Assembly: GCA_025057985.1 (NCBI GenBank)
Contig: JANXEV010000002.1
Coordinates: forward strand, 1,104 to 65,103
DNA: 64,000 nt
Origin: Candidatus Aenigmatarchaeota archaeon
Lineage (GTDB): Archaea; Aenigmatarchaeota; Aenigmatarchaeia; CG10238-14; SpSt-28
Direction of reading: 5' to 3'
Shown here: piece by piece, positions 17,937 to 26,975 of the stretch
Position numbering within the stretch: the first letter of the stretch is position 1
How the letters are laid out: each line of letters opens with the position of its first letter
Notes under the pieces: generated by a model
The model's input: only the letters and a program-made list of their open reading frames with translations
The model's database searches: none
Told to the model about the DNA's origin: nothing
Position numbers and translations under genes: made by a program

Positions 17937-19148
17937 ATGGAAGCTTTTTGGGTACCATGGCTTCACATGCACCAACCTTTGGTTTGGCTCGACGACAAAC
18001 TCGAGAGTAATTTAAAAAAAATGATTTTGTCTCAAGATTCTAAGGAAAGTTGGGACGGAAAATTAATCGCTAGAGCTTACAAAAATCCAGCGAAATACAT
18101 CGAGCGGTTATCGAAGTTCAACCCAAAGATAGTTTTAGACTTTTCAGGAATTCTCCTAGAGTCTTTGGACAAACTTTCCGAATTTTTGAAAGACGTAGAA
18201 GTAGAGGGAGAAAAAATCGGAAATATAATAGAGAGTTACAAAAACGTTTTGAGAAAGTTCCCCGATTCTATAGAATTCGCTGGTTCGGCTTATTCACATT
18301 GTTACTTTCCTGTAACTCCAGAGAGAGATTGGAAATGGCAAATCAGAGAATGGCAAAACGTTTTTTCTTCTTTGTTTGGGAAAAACCATTTGAAAAAAGT
18401 TAAAGGATTTTGGCTACCTGAGATGGGAACCCCATCTTACGGAGATAAGTTATCTAGGCTAATTAAAATTTTAAAAGATTTTGGCTACGAGTGGATCATT
18501 TTACCAATTTTTTCTGTTAACGACTATGAAAAAATCAGTTATGAAGACAGAGTTAGAATTTTTTCCAAACCAAATAAAATCTCAATCAACGACCAAGAAA
18601 TCACAACACTCTTTTCCACACCATACTATTTTCTAGATCAACAAGCCGGAATGGATGCTTCTTATGTTTATGAACAGTGTTTGAAAGCTAAGAAAATTCT
18701 AAACTTGGAAAAACCAGCTTTAATAATAACGGCGAGTGATGGAGAAAACGGCAACGTGATGATGAATCAATTTTTCCCAGAAACCTACACAACTTTTTTC
18801 ACAAAGTTTAAGGACCAGTCTGTATCTTCGATTTTAGTCTCAGAGTTTTTGGAAAAATACTACAGGGGTGAAAAATTAGAGAAGGTTGAATTGAAACTTA
18901 TTGGTGCTTCTTGGGTGGGTGGCCATGAAAGATGGATATGGGGTGAAAAAAGAGCTAGCATAGCCAAAAAAATAGACGAATTGAGTGAAAAAGTGAATGA
19001 AGTGGGGGATGAAGATTTGTTGAAACTTTTGCTTATAGCGGAGACTAGCTGTTACGTTTATTGGGGTACAGATTACTGGTTCTCTCAGGGAGGAAGGATT
19101 TTAGACGTGATAGAAAAAAGGCTTAAAAACTTTTCTAAAAACTTTTAA
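17937..19148 (+). CDS. Glycoside hydrolase family 57 protein
   Basis: The N-terminal WLHMHQP motif, GFWLPEMG, TASDGENGN and ETSCYVYWG correspond to GH57 conserved regions. Start moved to ATG 17937 because the track start overlaps tRNA-Ala. Confidence 0.72.
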   Translation: MEAFWVPWLHMHQPLVWLDDKLESNLKKMILSQDSKESWDGKLIARAYKNPAKYIERLSKFNPKIVLDFSGILLESLDKLSEFLKDVEVEGEKIGNIIESYKNVLRKFPDSIEFAGSAYSHCYFPVTPERDWKWQIREWQNVFSSLFGKNHLKKVKGFWLPEMGTPSYGDKLSRLIKILKDFGYEWIILPIFSVNDYEKISYEDRVRIFSKPNKISINDQEITTLFSTPYYFLDQQAGMDASYVYEQCLKAKKILNLEKPALIITASDGENGNVMMNQFFPETYTTFFTKFKDQSVSSILVSEFLEKYYRGEKLEKVELKLIGASWVGGHERWIWGEKRASIAKKIDELSEKVNEVGDEDLLKLLLIAETSCYVYWGTDYWFSQGGRILDVIEKRLKNFSKNF

Positions 19149-19168
19149 ATACATTTTAAATTTTATTT

Positions 19169-20338
19169 ATGAGAATAGCTTTTTTCAGTTGGGAATCCCT
19201 ACATTCTATACCATGTGGAGGGCTTGCGGTTCACGCCACAGAGCTGGCAGCGGCTTTGCAAAGACTTGGTCATGAAGTCCATGTTTTTACAAGAATAGGA
19301 AACAACCAAGCTATTTACGAAAACATAGAGGGCGTTCACTATCATAGATGTCCTTTCAACTTCGACAGAAACTTTATTTATGAGATGACGAACAACATGT
19401 GTAAGTCGATGGTCCATTACTTCTTTGAAACAGAAAACTACATAGGAAAATTCGACATAGTTCACGGCCACGATTGGCATGTTGTTATGGCGTTGGACGA
19501 AATAAAAAAAGCAAGGGGTAGAAAAACTGTTTTTACTCTACATTCAACTCAATATGGTAGAGACGGAAATCATTTTAACGGTGGAGGAGCGCATGACATA
19601 TCAAATTTAGAATGGTACGGCACATATATAGCAGACAGATTGATAGTATGTTCTAATGTTATGAAGGATGAGGTCATGCGTTTATATAGAGTCCCTGATT
19701 GGAAGATCAGGGTTGTTCCAAACGGAATATGGGCTCAAAGATATAACGGAGAAATAGATCCGTGGAACGATGTGAAAAAACATCTAGGTTTTGGAGTTTT
19801 TGATCCGATGATTGTTTTCATCGGAAGGATGACTTATCAAAAAGGAGCAGATATGTTAATAGAAGCGATACCTGATGTTTTGAAAGAATTTCCAAACGCT
19901 AAATTCGTTTTCATCGGAGACGGATACATGAAGAGTCAACTTGAAAAAAGAGTAGGAGAGTTAAATTTATGGCATGCCGTGAGATTTACTGGCTACGTCC
20001 CAGATGAATGGAAAACAAAAATCATAAAAGCAAGCGAAGCTGTGGTGGTGCCAAGTAGAAATGAGCCTTTTGGAATTGTTGTTTTGGAAGCTTGGGCATG
20101 CAAAAAACCAGTTATAGCAACTCATGGAACTGGAGCAGGAGAATTGATATGGCACAACGTCACTGGTTACAGAGTTTATCAAGCTCCAAATTCTATAGCG
20201 TGGGGAATAAAAGAGATATTGAGAAATCTCGGGCATGCTAGATGGATGGGTGAAAAAGGAAGGTATGCGGCCGAGACTGCGTTTAACTGGGACGAAGTTG
20301 CTAAAAAAACCTTAAAAGTCTACGAGGAGTTGTTGTGA
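19169..20338 (+). CDS. Glycogen synthase-like GT-B glycosyltransferase (paralog of 54334..55569)
   Basis: MRIAFFSWESLHSIPCGGLAVHATELAAALQRLGHEVHVFT resembles archaeal glycogen synthase N-termini. It also has NEPFGIVVLEAWACKKPVIAT. Noticeably GC-richer than its neighbours. Confidence 0.7.
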   Translation: MRIAFFSWESLHSIPCGGLAVHATELAAALQRLGHEVHVFTRIGNNQAIYENIEGVHYHRCPFNFDRNFIYEMTNNMCKSMVHYFFETENYIGKFDIVHGHDWHVVMALDEIKKARGRKTVFTLHSTQYGRDGNHFNGGGAHDISNLEWYGTYIADRLIVCSNVMKDEVMRLYRVPDWKIRVVPNGIWAQRYNGEIDPWNDVKKHLGFGVFDPMIVFIGRMTYQKGADMLIEAIPDVLKEFPNAKFVFIGDGYMKSQLEKRVGELNLWHAVRFTGYVPDEWKTKIIKASEAVVVPSRNEPFGIVVLEAWACKKPVIATHGTGAGELIWHNVTGYRVYQAPNSIAWGIKEILRNLGHARWMGEKGRYAAETAFNWDEVAKKTLKVYEELL

Positions 20339-20560
20339 ATGAAGGTTAAAAAAATTTTGCTGCCAAAATGGGTTGCATGGTTCGTTTTCCTAATCTTCCT
20401 TATAGTTTTTATTCAAATGTATTACTACTACTACAATCAAAAAATTTCCCCCTTCGAATTTTTCTCCACAATCGCTTTGTTCCTTGTTATAGCGGTCGTT
20501 TTGTTTTTCGTTTCTTATAGACAAATCCCATACTTACTTTTAATGGAGGTGAAAAAATGA
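20339..20560 (+). CDS. Small membrane protein (two TM helices)
   Basis: 73 aa with hydrophobic segments WVAWFVFLIFLIVFIQ and FSTIALFLVIAVVLFFV. Starts directly after the upstream stop. Confidence 0.5.
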   Translation: MKVKKILLPKWVAWFVFLIFLIVFIQMYYYYYNQKISPFEFFSTIALFLVIAVVLFFVSYRQIPYLLLMEVKK

Positions 20561-20778
20561 AGTGTTGGTTTTGTGGTAAAGATGCAGTTGCTGTTTCTAT
20601 GGGAGGAAAAGCGGTTTGTAGAGACCACGCAAACGTCATCGACAGGATATGTTTCGCCAAGTCAGATACATGCACGGGTTATGCTACATACGAGTGGGTT
20701 CATAACATCGTGTTGGCGCCAGATGAATGGATAGAATGGGAAAGTTGGGAAGGTGGAAAAAAAGTAGTCAGAACCTAA
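20557..20778 (+). CDS. Small zinc-ribbon-like protein (73 aa)
   Basis: CWFCGK...VCRDH (C-x2-C-x14-C-x2-H) at the N-terminus and a Trp/Glu-rich tail. 4-nt overlap with the upstream ORF. GC-rich. Confidence 0.5.
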   Translation: MKCWFCGKDAVAVSMGGKAVCRDHANVIDRICFAKSDTCTGYATYEWVHNIVLAPDEWIEWESWEGGKKVVRT

Positions 20779-21488
20779 TCAACTACCTTAACGCCTCTCA
20801 TTATCCACTTTTCACTTTTCCATTCTTTCGACCTTTCTATTATTTTTCTTGGGTAATCTTTTAAAGCCTTTTTAGCTTCTGAAATTTCCAATCCAAGTGA
20901 GTTTAAATACGAGATCAAAACCTTAGGATCTTTTATTTGCCAGTGTGACAAAGCGCCAGAAGTCACTATCAAAGGGAATTTATATTTTTTATAAAGTTTG
21001 ACAATGTCTTTATGGTTGGATAGAACTTGCGACCTAACCAACTTCTCAGCGTTTAAAACTTCTCTAAAATTTATTTCGATCGCTACTTCATTCTCCCTAG
21101 CAAGTCTTGCTGAAACATGGTTAAGACCACAATCTTTCCTTTTTAAATCAGGATGAGTTAAAATATCTACACCACGTGTTTCAACAGAAATTCTATTTAA
21201 CTTCAATTCTCCTCCACTAACCAATATCAAATCTAACTCATTTCTCCTTTTCAATATCAAATCTAGCTCTCTTTTGTTCGTCGCTTCATAGCCAAAAAAA
21301 ATTTCGATGTTGTATTGGGAAGATACTCTTTTTATTTCTCCTATTAGAAAATCTTCCTCTTCTTTTTTCAAAATATAGGAAACAAACCCTATACCTTTGT
21401 AACCAAAATCTTTAGCAACTCTGGCTATTTCTTCTAGTGTTGATTCACCACTACTAAAAGTGCTGTGAATGTGTAGATCGAAAAACAT
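20775..21488 (-). CDS. rnp3: RNase P protein component 3 (Rpp30)
   Basis: ILVSGGELKLNRISVETRGVDILTHPDLKRKDCGLNHVSARLARENEVAIEINF closely matches the Methanocaldococcus Rpp30 block as I recall it (ILIEGGVLKINRAAVE..VDILSTPE..RKDSGIDHVLARLA..VAIELNF). Confidence 0.8.
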   Translation of the reverse strand: MFFDLHIHSTFSSGESTLEEIARVAKDFGYKGIGFVSYILKKEEEDFLIGEIKRVSSQYNIEIFFGYEATNKRELDLILKRRNELDLILVSGGELKLNRISVETRGVDILTHPDLKRKDCGLNHVSARLARENEVAIEINFREVLNAEKLVRSQVLSNHKDIVKLYKKYKFPLIVTSGALSHWQIKDPKVLISYLNSLGLEISEAKKALKDYPRKIIERSKEWKSEKWIMRGVKVVD

Positions 21489-22779
21489 TTTTATCCAATT
21501 TTCTTTTTACAAACAAAAAATAAATTAGAAAAGAAAGTAGGACGAAAGCAAGACCAACAATTTTTGCAACATTATCTAAAGAAATTATAAGAAGTATGGT
21601 AGAGATGGCGCCCAAGATTGGTATCCATGGATGGAAAGGAAGTTCAAATTTTGGTTTGATTTTTTTCTTTAACTTTATCAAACTTAAGTTTGTCAGTAGA
21701 AATGTCAGTAGGTAGCCAAAACTAACGATCGATATTAACAAATTAATATCGTTTATAAACAAACATAAAATACTCATAAAGGAAAGTAGAAGGATAGACT
21801 TAACAGGTGTTTTATATTTTTTATCAACCTCACACAAGCTTTTTGGTATAAATCCGTCTCTGGAAAACGCGAAGAAAAGCCTAGAGCCAGAGTATATCGT
21901 GGTTATTATGACTGAAAGCATAGCCGAGAGTATGGAAAATATCATGAAGAGACTGACAAAATAGTTGTCTGTGATTTTTTGGGTAACGTACAAAACCGAG
22001 TTTTCTACTTTACCCAAAGTCTGCCAGTCGACGACTAAAACTTGGACAAGGGCTACTAGACTGTAAAGGACGTAGCATATGAAAATAGAAAAAAGTATTG
22101 CTGCTGGGATATCTCTTTTAGGGTTTTTAGCTTCTTCTGTTGCCATTGCTATCACTTGAAAACCTATGTATGCAAAAAAAACCATCGAAGCAGCATGGAA
22201 AGTACCACTTAGTCCGTTTGGAAAGACAGGCTGAAGTTTTTGAGGATCGAAGTTATCTTTCACGTAAAAAAGTCCCAATGTTATGAAAAAAGATATGGCA
22301 AAAATTTTAACTAGAGTTAAAAACGTAGCTACCTTAGACATTTTTGAAATATCTACTATGTTCAAATAAGTTGAGAGTAGAATGACCAGTGAGGATACTG
22401 TGAAAAGATAGATGAAGGAGTTTAGGGATGGAAAGAAAAAAGATATGAGAAAAATAGAAAAACCCATCGTCACAGCGGTTACAGACAAAACGTTGTTCAT
22501 CATTTTTATCAAACCGACGACAAACCCGATAGAATTTCCGAAAGCTTTTCTCGAGTATGTGTAAGATTCTCCAGTTTGTGTTATGGCTGAGGAGAGTTCA
22601 GCTAAACTCAGACCTGTGAACAAAGCAGCGAGACTTGCTATAAAAAATGAAATCACAACGGAAGGGCCAGCGATTCCAGCTGCCACACCACTGACGACAA
22701 AAATGCCAGCTCCTATTATATTCGCTATACCTATCATCACAAGGTAAAAAACATTCAACTCTCTTTTCAACTTTGGCAT
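21454..22779 (-). CDS. Amino acid permease (APC superfamily)
   Basis: 441 aa with about 12 TM helices. N-terminal LVMIGIANIIGAGIFVVSG signature. Confidence 0.8.
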   Translation of the reverse strand: MPKLKRELNVFYLVMIGIANIIGAGIFVVSGVAAGIAGPSVVISFFIASLAALFTGLSLAELSSAITQTGESYTYSRKAFGNSIGFVVGLIKMMNNVLSVTAVTMGFSIFLISFFFPSLNSFIYLFTVSSLVILLSTYLNIVDISKMSKVATFLTLVKIFAISFFITLGLFYVKDNFDPQKLQPVFPNGLSGTFHAASMVFFAYIGFQVIAMATEEAKNPKRDIPAAILFSIFICYVLYSLVALVQVLVVDWQTLGKVENSVLYVTQKITDNYFVSLFMIFSILSAMLSVIITTIYSGSRLFFAFSRDGFIPKSLCEVDKKYKTPVKSILLLSFMSILCLFINDINLLISIVSFGYLLTFLLTNLSLIKLKKKIKPKFELPFHPWIPILGAISTILLIISLDNVAKIVGLAFVLLSFLIYFLFVKRKLDKNVFRSTHSQHF

Positions 22780-22804
22780 TAAAAATTTTATAGATTAGTA
22801 AAAT

Positions 22805-23341
22805 TTATGCTCTTAATCCTCTCGCCTTTTTACCAGCACTTGTTAGTCCTCTAAAAACTCTTCTCCTATTCTTAGACGAGCAAATCCAATTTATTTTTTC
22901 ATCGTTTTTTATACTCGGATGATGCGGGTCGACCATTATCACTTCAAACCACTTATATCTACCATCTTCACCGACGTAGTAAGAGTTTAGAACTTCGAGG
23001 TTCGGGAATTTTCTCGCTGCTCTTTCTTCAGCGATCCATCTATCAGATTTTCTAGCAGTAAATTTTAGAAGCCCAGCTGAAGAAGGTTTTCTACCTCCAC
23101 TTCTCTCGTAAAGTCTCCTAGGCTTCCCACCTTTTCTAACTCTCACTCTAACTATCACATAACCTTGTTTAGCTTTGTAACCAAGTGCTCTAGCTCGGTC
23201 CAATCTTGTTGGGCGCTCAACTCTAACGACTGAAGGTTGACTTCTCCATTCTTCCAACCTAGACTTAACCATTTTTTCCAAATCTTCGTTTTTAAATCTC
23301 ATCTTCCAAAGTTTTGCCAAACTTTTATACAAGTTTATCAT
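22805..23341 (-). CDS. rpl15e: 50S ribosomal protein L15e
   Basis: YKSLAKLWK...[45 protein letters not shown], the typical L15e sequence. Confidence 0.93.
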   Translation of the reverse strand: MINLYKSLAKLWKMRFKNEDLEKMVKSRLEEWRSQPSVVRVERPTRLDRARALGYKAKQGYVIVRVRVRKGGKPRRLYERSGGRKPSSAGLLKFTARKSDRWIAEERAARKFPNLEVLNSYYVGEDGRYKWFEVIMVDPHHPSIKNDEKINWICSSKNRRRVFRGLTSAGKKARGLRA

Positions 23342-23369
23342 AAAAAACCAATTGTCTTCTTACATTTAA

Positions 23370-23666
23370 ATGTTTTTAAGTCAAATTAACTTTAGTGATA
23401 GTATGCATCCGCTAATAAAAGCTCTAATGGGTGTGATAATAGTAGTAGCGTCCATCTACTATATATTCGCAGGAATTCCAGGATATCTAAAACCAGCTTT
23501 GAGTGATGTTCTAGTGGTTTTGAACGGAGCAATTCCAATCTTCGTCCTTCTCATAGGAGTTTTTATAATTTGGCTAGAATGGGACGAGTGGAAGATAGAG
23601 AGAGAGCTTGCGAAGGAAGAGAAAGAAGCAGAAAAGAAAGAAAAAAGAGCTAAAAGAAAGAAATAA
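23370..23666 (+). CDS. Small membrane protein with Lys/Glu-rich tail
   Basis: Two hydrophobic helices, then ELAKEEKEAEKKEKRAKRKK. The true start may be the Met at 23403. Confidence 0.45.
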   Translation: MFLSQINFSDSMHPLIKALMGVIIVVASIYYIFAGIPGYLKPALSDVLVVLNGAIPIFVLLIGVFIIWLEWDEWKIERELAKEEKEAEKKEKRAKRKK

Positions 23667-23704
23667 AAATCGACTTTTTATTTTTTCTTTTTCTAATTTT
23701 TTAG

Positions 23705-24028
23705 ATGGCAGTAAGCTACAACGATTTTTCGAAAATCGAAATGAGAGTTGGTAGGATTGTGAAAGTAGAGGAAATAGAAGGTTCTCAAAAATTGTACAAA
23801 CTAACAGTAGACTTCGGCAATGAAAAAAAGATAGCTGTCTCAGGAATCAAACAATACTATAAACCAGAAGATTTGTTGGAAAAGAAGTTCATTTTTGTGA
23901 CAAACTTGGAGAGAAGAAAGATCATGGGAGTGGAGTCTGAGTGTATGATACTAGCGGTTGAAGATGGGGATAAAGTCGTCCTTATACAACCAGAAAAAAA
24001 TGTTAAAGAAGGAAGTAAAATAAGATAA
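23705..24028 (+). CDS. tRNA-binding domain protein (CsaA / Trbp111-like)
   Basis: FSKIEMRVGRIVKVEEIEGSQKLYKLTVDFG...VSGI...NLERRKIMGVESECMILA is the OB-fold tRNA-binding domain pattern. Confidence 0.82.
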   Translation: MAVSYNDFSKIEMRVGRIVKVEEIEGSQKLYKLTVDFGNEKKIAVSGIKQYYKPEDLLEKKFIFVTNLERRKIMGVESECMILAVEDGDKVVLIQPEKNVKEGSKIR

Positions 24029-24598
24029 ATGGAAGAGGAAGTCAAAAAATTTATAATTAGTCTAGCAAAAAAGGCCATAGAAACTTACGTTAAGTCTGGA
24101 AGAATTTTGACAAAACCTAAAGAATATCCTAGTGTTTTGAACGAAAAGAGAGGAGTTTTTGTGAGTATATACAAAAAAGATGGGGATAAAACATTTCTAA
24201 GGGGATGTATAGGTTTACCATATCCTTCAAAACCTTTGATAGAAGGTTTAATAGAAGCTTCGATCTCATCGACAATGGATCCTAGATTCCAACCTTTAAC
24301 CCGAGAAGAACTGAAAAACATATTTATAGAAGTCTCCATTCTTTCTAATCCAGAAAAAATAGAGGGTAGAGATTACAAAGAAAAAATCGAAAAGATACAA
24401 CCTTTCAAACATGGTGTGATCATAAAGAGAGGTTTAAAATCGGCTTTATTCCTTCCACAAGTTTGGGACGATTTTCCAAAAAAAGAAACATTTCTCTCAA
24501 AGTTATGTGTAAAAGCCGGACTTCAGCCTGACGAGTGGATGAAAAACGACACAGAGTTTTATATATTCGAGGCCGAAGTGATAGAAGAAAAGCTATAA
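24029..24598 (+). CDS. AMMECR1 domain protein
   Basis: GVFVSIYK...LRGCIG...PRF.PL core motifs of AMMECR1. ATG directly abuts the previous stop. Confidence 0.85.
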   Translation: MEEEVKKFIISLAKKAIETYVKSGRILTKPKEYPSVLNEKRGVFVSIYKKDGDKTFLRGCIGLPYPSKPLIEGLIEASISSTMDPRFQPLTREELKNIFIEVSILSNPEKIEGRDYKEKIEKIQPFKHGVIIKRGLKSALFLPQVWDDFPKKETFLSKLCVKAGLQPDEWMKNDTEFYIFEAEVIEEKL

Positions 24599-24877
24599 TT
24601 TTTCTATTTTTCCTTTTTTTGGTATGTTGATTTGGAGCTGATTTTTAAACTCAGTAGAGTAGGCACCATCTATTTTAACCCTGTCACCGACATTTATCTC
24701 ATCTATTTGTTCTTCCCAAAGAGAAGCTTTTATTCTACCTGTCTCATCTTCAAGCACAATTTCAGCCACTCTTTTTTCTCCATATCTCGTCAAGACTGTT
24801 CTTTCTTCAGATTTTTCTACGACGTTCGCTTCTAGTTCGATTTTATTCATTCCGGCTCGAATTTGGTTAATCTTCAT
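24593..24877 (-). CDS. OB-fold nucleic-acid-binding protein (SSB/RPA-like)
   Basis: 94 aa. IELEANVVEKSEERTV...VAEIVLEDETGRIKASLWEEQIDEINVGDRVKIDGAY is a typical single OB-fold pattern. Confidence 0.65.
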   Translation of the reverse strand: MKINQIRAGMNKIELEANVVEKSEERTVLTRYGEKRVAEIVLEDETGRIKASLWEEQIDEINVGDRVKIDGAYSTEFKNQLQINIPKKGKIEKL

Positions 24878-24925
24878 CGATTTGAATTGTTTTTAAAGTT
24901 TAAATACTCGCTTTTTAAAAATTTT

Positions 24926-25654
24926 ATGTTATTTTGGATAATATTAGCAACGCTTTTGAACAGTTTAATCGGGCTCATAGGAATTTTTTCACTTTTCGTT
25001 AAAGAAAAACATTTAAAAAAAATTATATATTTTTTAGTTTCTTTTGCGGCAGGAGCTTTAATTTCTGGAGGATTGTATCATTTGTTGTTAGAGTCTTTGG
25101 AAGAAGTTCAAGCGTTCACAGCCTTCAACATTTTTTTACTAGGTTTCTTGTTATTTTTCTTCGTTGAAAGATTTTTGAACTGGAGACATTGTCATGAAGT
25201 TAGATGTAAAGTACACCCCTTTGGCTACTTAATTTTGGCAGGCGACTCAATCCATAACTTCATAGACGGTGTAGTCATCGCGTCTTCTTTCATGGTCGAC
25301 TTCACTCTCGGAGTTTTTACCACAATTCTTATAATTATACATGAGGTTCCACAAGAGCTTGGAAATTTCGCAACAGCGGTTTACGGAGGTTTAAATAAAA
25401 GAAGGGCTATAATCCTTACTTTTTTGGCCCAAGCTACTTCTATATTAGGTGGATTGTTTGGGTTTTTTGTTTTGCCAGGAAACTTACCTTTCCTTATTCT
25501 ACCTTTTGCAGCAGGTGGGTTTTTCTACATCGCGACTTCGGATTTGATCCCAAGACTTCATAGAGAAAGGAATTTAAAAAAGAATTTACTTTCTTTACTC
25601 TTTTTCTTCTTGGGCCTATTTCTCCTTCTTGGTTTAAAATTGATTTTCGAATAA
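24926..25654 (+). CDS. ZIP-family zinc/iron transporter (ZupT-like)
   Basis: HNFIDGVVIASSF and the HEVPQELGNFA motif, with multiple TM helices. Start trimmed to MLFWIIL to avoid overlap with the convergent OB-fold gene. Confidence 0.82.
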   Translation: MLFWIILATLLNSLIGLIGIFSLFVKEKHLKKIIYFLVSFAAGALISGGLYHLLLESLEEVQAFTAFNIFLLGFLLFFFVERFLNWRHCHEVRCKVHPFGYLILAGDSIHNFIDGVVIASSFMVDFTLGVFTTILIIIHEVPQELGNFATAVYGGLNKRRAIILTFLAQATSILGGLFGFFVLPGNLPFLILPFAAGGFFYIATSDLIPRLHRERNLKKNLLSLLFFFLGLFLLLGLKLIFE

Positions 25655-25662
25655 TCTAAAAA

Positions 25663-25772
25663 CGCTGGGGGTGGGATTTGAACCCACACGGGCGTAAAGC
25701 CCACCGGTTTTCTTCACAATTCAGATCTTGATGACTCAAGACCGGCGCCATACCTGGTTAGGCGACCCCAGC
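25663..25772 (-). tRNA. tRNA-Ser (anticodon UGA) with a 25-nt intron at 37/38
   Basis: The reverse complement gives GCTGGGG acceptor, anticodon loop CTTGAG, intron TCATCAAGATCTGAATTGTGAAGAA (25710..25734), a long variable arm TGGGCTTTACGCCCGTG, and T arm GTGGG-TTCAAAT-CCCAC. The intron 5' end pairs with the anticodon region (helix of a bulge-helix-bulge). Confidence 0.9.
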
Positions 25773-25773
25773 A

Positions 25774-26214
25774 TTAGATAATTTTATTTTCGATAGTGAA
25801 AATTTTTAATTCTTTCAAAGGTAAAACTCTAATGCCAAAATTTTTAGCAACATTTATCATATGTTTGTCGTTCGTGACGATCGGGATTTCGTTGCTTCGG
25901 GAAAAAGTGAGATGTAAAAGATCTTCTAAACTCAAACCACACTGAAGAAATTTAAAAGAAAATCTATCGATTTTAACTTCTTCTAAAACTTTTGTTTTCT
26001 CTAAGAGACCTTCCAAAAGTTTGAAAACAACTTCCCAACAAAAACCGAGCTCTCTTTTCAAAACCTTACCAAGTTCGAGTAAAGTAAAAGACGAAATAAC
26101 AGGCTCGATTTTGTAATTATTGAAGATTTCTCTAGGTTGTATACCTACTATCCTGTTTTCAATTTGTTTTTTGATCAAACTGAAGAGTATGTTGGTGTCT
26201 AAGTAGGCTTTCAT
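25774..26214 (-). CDS. PIN-domain ribonuclease (VapC-like)
   Basis: MKAYLDTNIL start, then the conserved acidic positions LLE, LEDLLHL and VTNDKH. AAGGGG lies 8 nt upstream of the ATG. Confidence 0.8.
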   Translation of the reverse strand: MKAYLDTNILFSLIKKQIENRIVGIQPREIFNNYKIEPVISSFTLLELGKVLKRELGFCWEVVFKLLEGLLEKTKVLEEVKIDRFSFKFLQCGLSLEDLLHLTFSRSNEIPIVTNDKHMINVAKNFGIRVLPLKELKIFTIENKII

Positions 26215-26926
26215 TTAAACCCCTTTTAACCTTCATACACATTCCAACGATTTGTCTGATCTCGAATCTAGGTCTCCACTTTTGTTCTGAGGCTAGAGAG
26301 AATTTAATCGTTCCTTTATCTCCGTTGATGGTTACTTGATACCGACCACCTTTTAAAAATTTGATCGAAGGTCTTATAGAAATCACTCTTAGTGATTGTT
26401 TGTTGTTTTGTAAGTAGAACAAAAATCTTTTGTTGGATTCTAAAAAGTTTCCCCTGAAGATGTTGTAGAACATACCATCTACGTTTTTGAACATCGCTTG
26501 CTTTAGTTCATATGAGTAGGTTTTGTATATGCTTTCTAACTCTTCTGCTGTAAACTTAACTGGGACCAATTTAACACCTGTTATACTGGAAAGTTTGTCT
26601 ACGAAGTCTTCTGTTACTTTATCTGGCCCTCTATAAACTTCTAAAATTTTTAGTTCTGTATCTAAAAAAGCCACAAGTTTCCTCAAAATTTTATTTTTAC
26701 CGTTTTGTTTTATTATCGAGATCACTTCATCTCCTTGTTCCTCTAAGATGTTTTTTATTTTTTCCTCTATGTTTTCTTCAAAAAAGTAGCTTATGATTAT
26801 CTCGTTTTTAGAATACTTGTTTTCACACGCGGACATGTTGAATTTTCTACCATTTTCGTTTATTTTTTGAATCAGATTTTCCTTCACCAGCTCACCTACG
26901 ACGTTGAACAAAGTTATAGTCGGCAT
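26159..26926 (-). CDS. Hypothetical protein (255 aa), orphan partner of the PIN gene
   Basis: Perfect SD AGGAGGTGA (reverse complement of 26934..26942) lies 7 nt upstream of the ATG. Coding-like composition. I recognise no motif. The 3' end overlaps the PIN start by 56 nt in another frame. Confidence 0.65.
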   Translation of the reverse strand: MPTITLFNVVGELVKENLIQKINENGRKFNMSACENKYSKNEIIISYFFEENIEEKIKNILEEQGDEVISIIKQNGKNKILRKLVAFLDTELKILEVYRGPDKVTEDFVDKLSSITGVKLVPVKFTAEELESIYKTYSYELKQAMFKNVDGMFYNIFRGNFLESNKRFLFYLQNNKQSLRVISIRPSIKFLKGGRYQVTINGDKGTIKFSLASEQKWRPRFEIRQIVGMCMKVKRGLNESLLRHQHTLQFDQKTN

Positions 26927-26975
26927 TGTTTAATCACCTCCTTTTATACTTTAGTGTCTATACATTTTTTTATAT

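Noticed and set aside
17747-17938. 63-aa minus ORF, and the 17826 start of the GH57 ORF
   Set aside because: Both are translations of the GC-rich tRNA-Ala gene (17828..17899). The GH57 protein starts naturally at ATG 17937, just before the HQP motif.
26159-26214. Idea that the 56-nt overlap between the 255-aa ORF and the PIN gene hides a frameshifted small antitoxin
   Set aside because: Neither alternative frame across the overlap yields an ORF with a start codon and antitoxin-like (RHH/AbrB) sequence. The overlap is better explained by a non-conserved C-terminal tail of the upstream protein.
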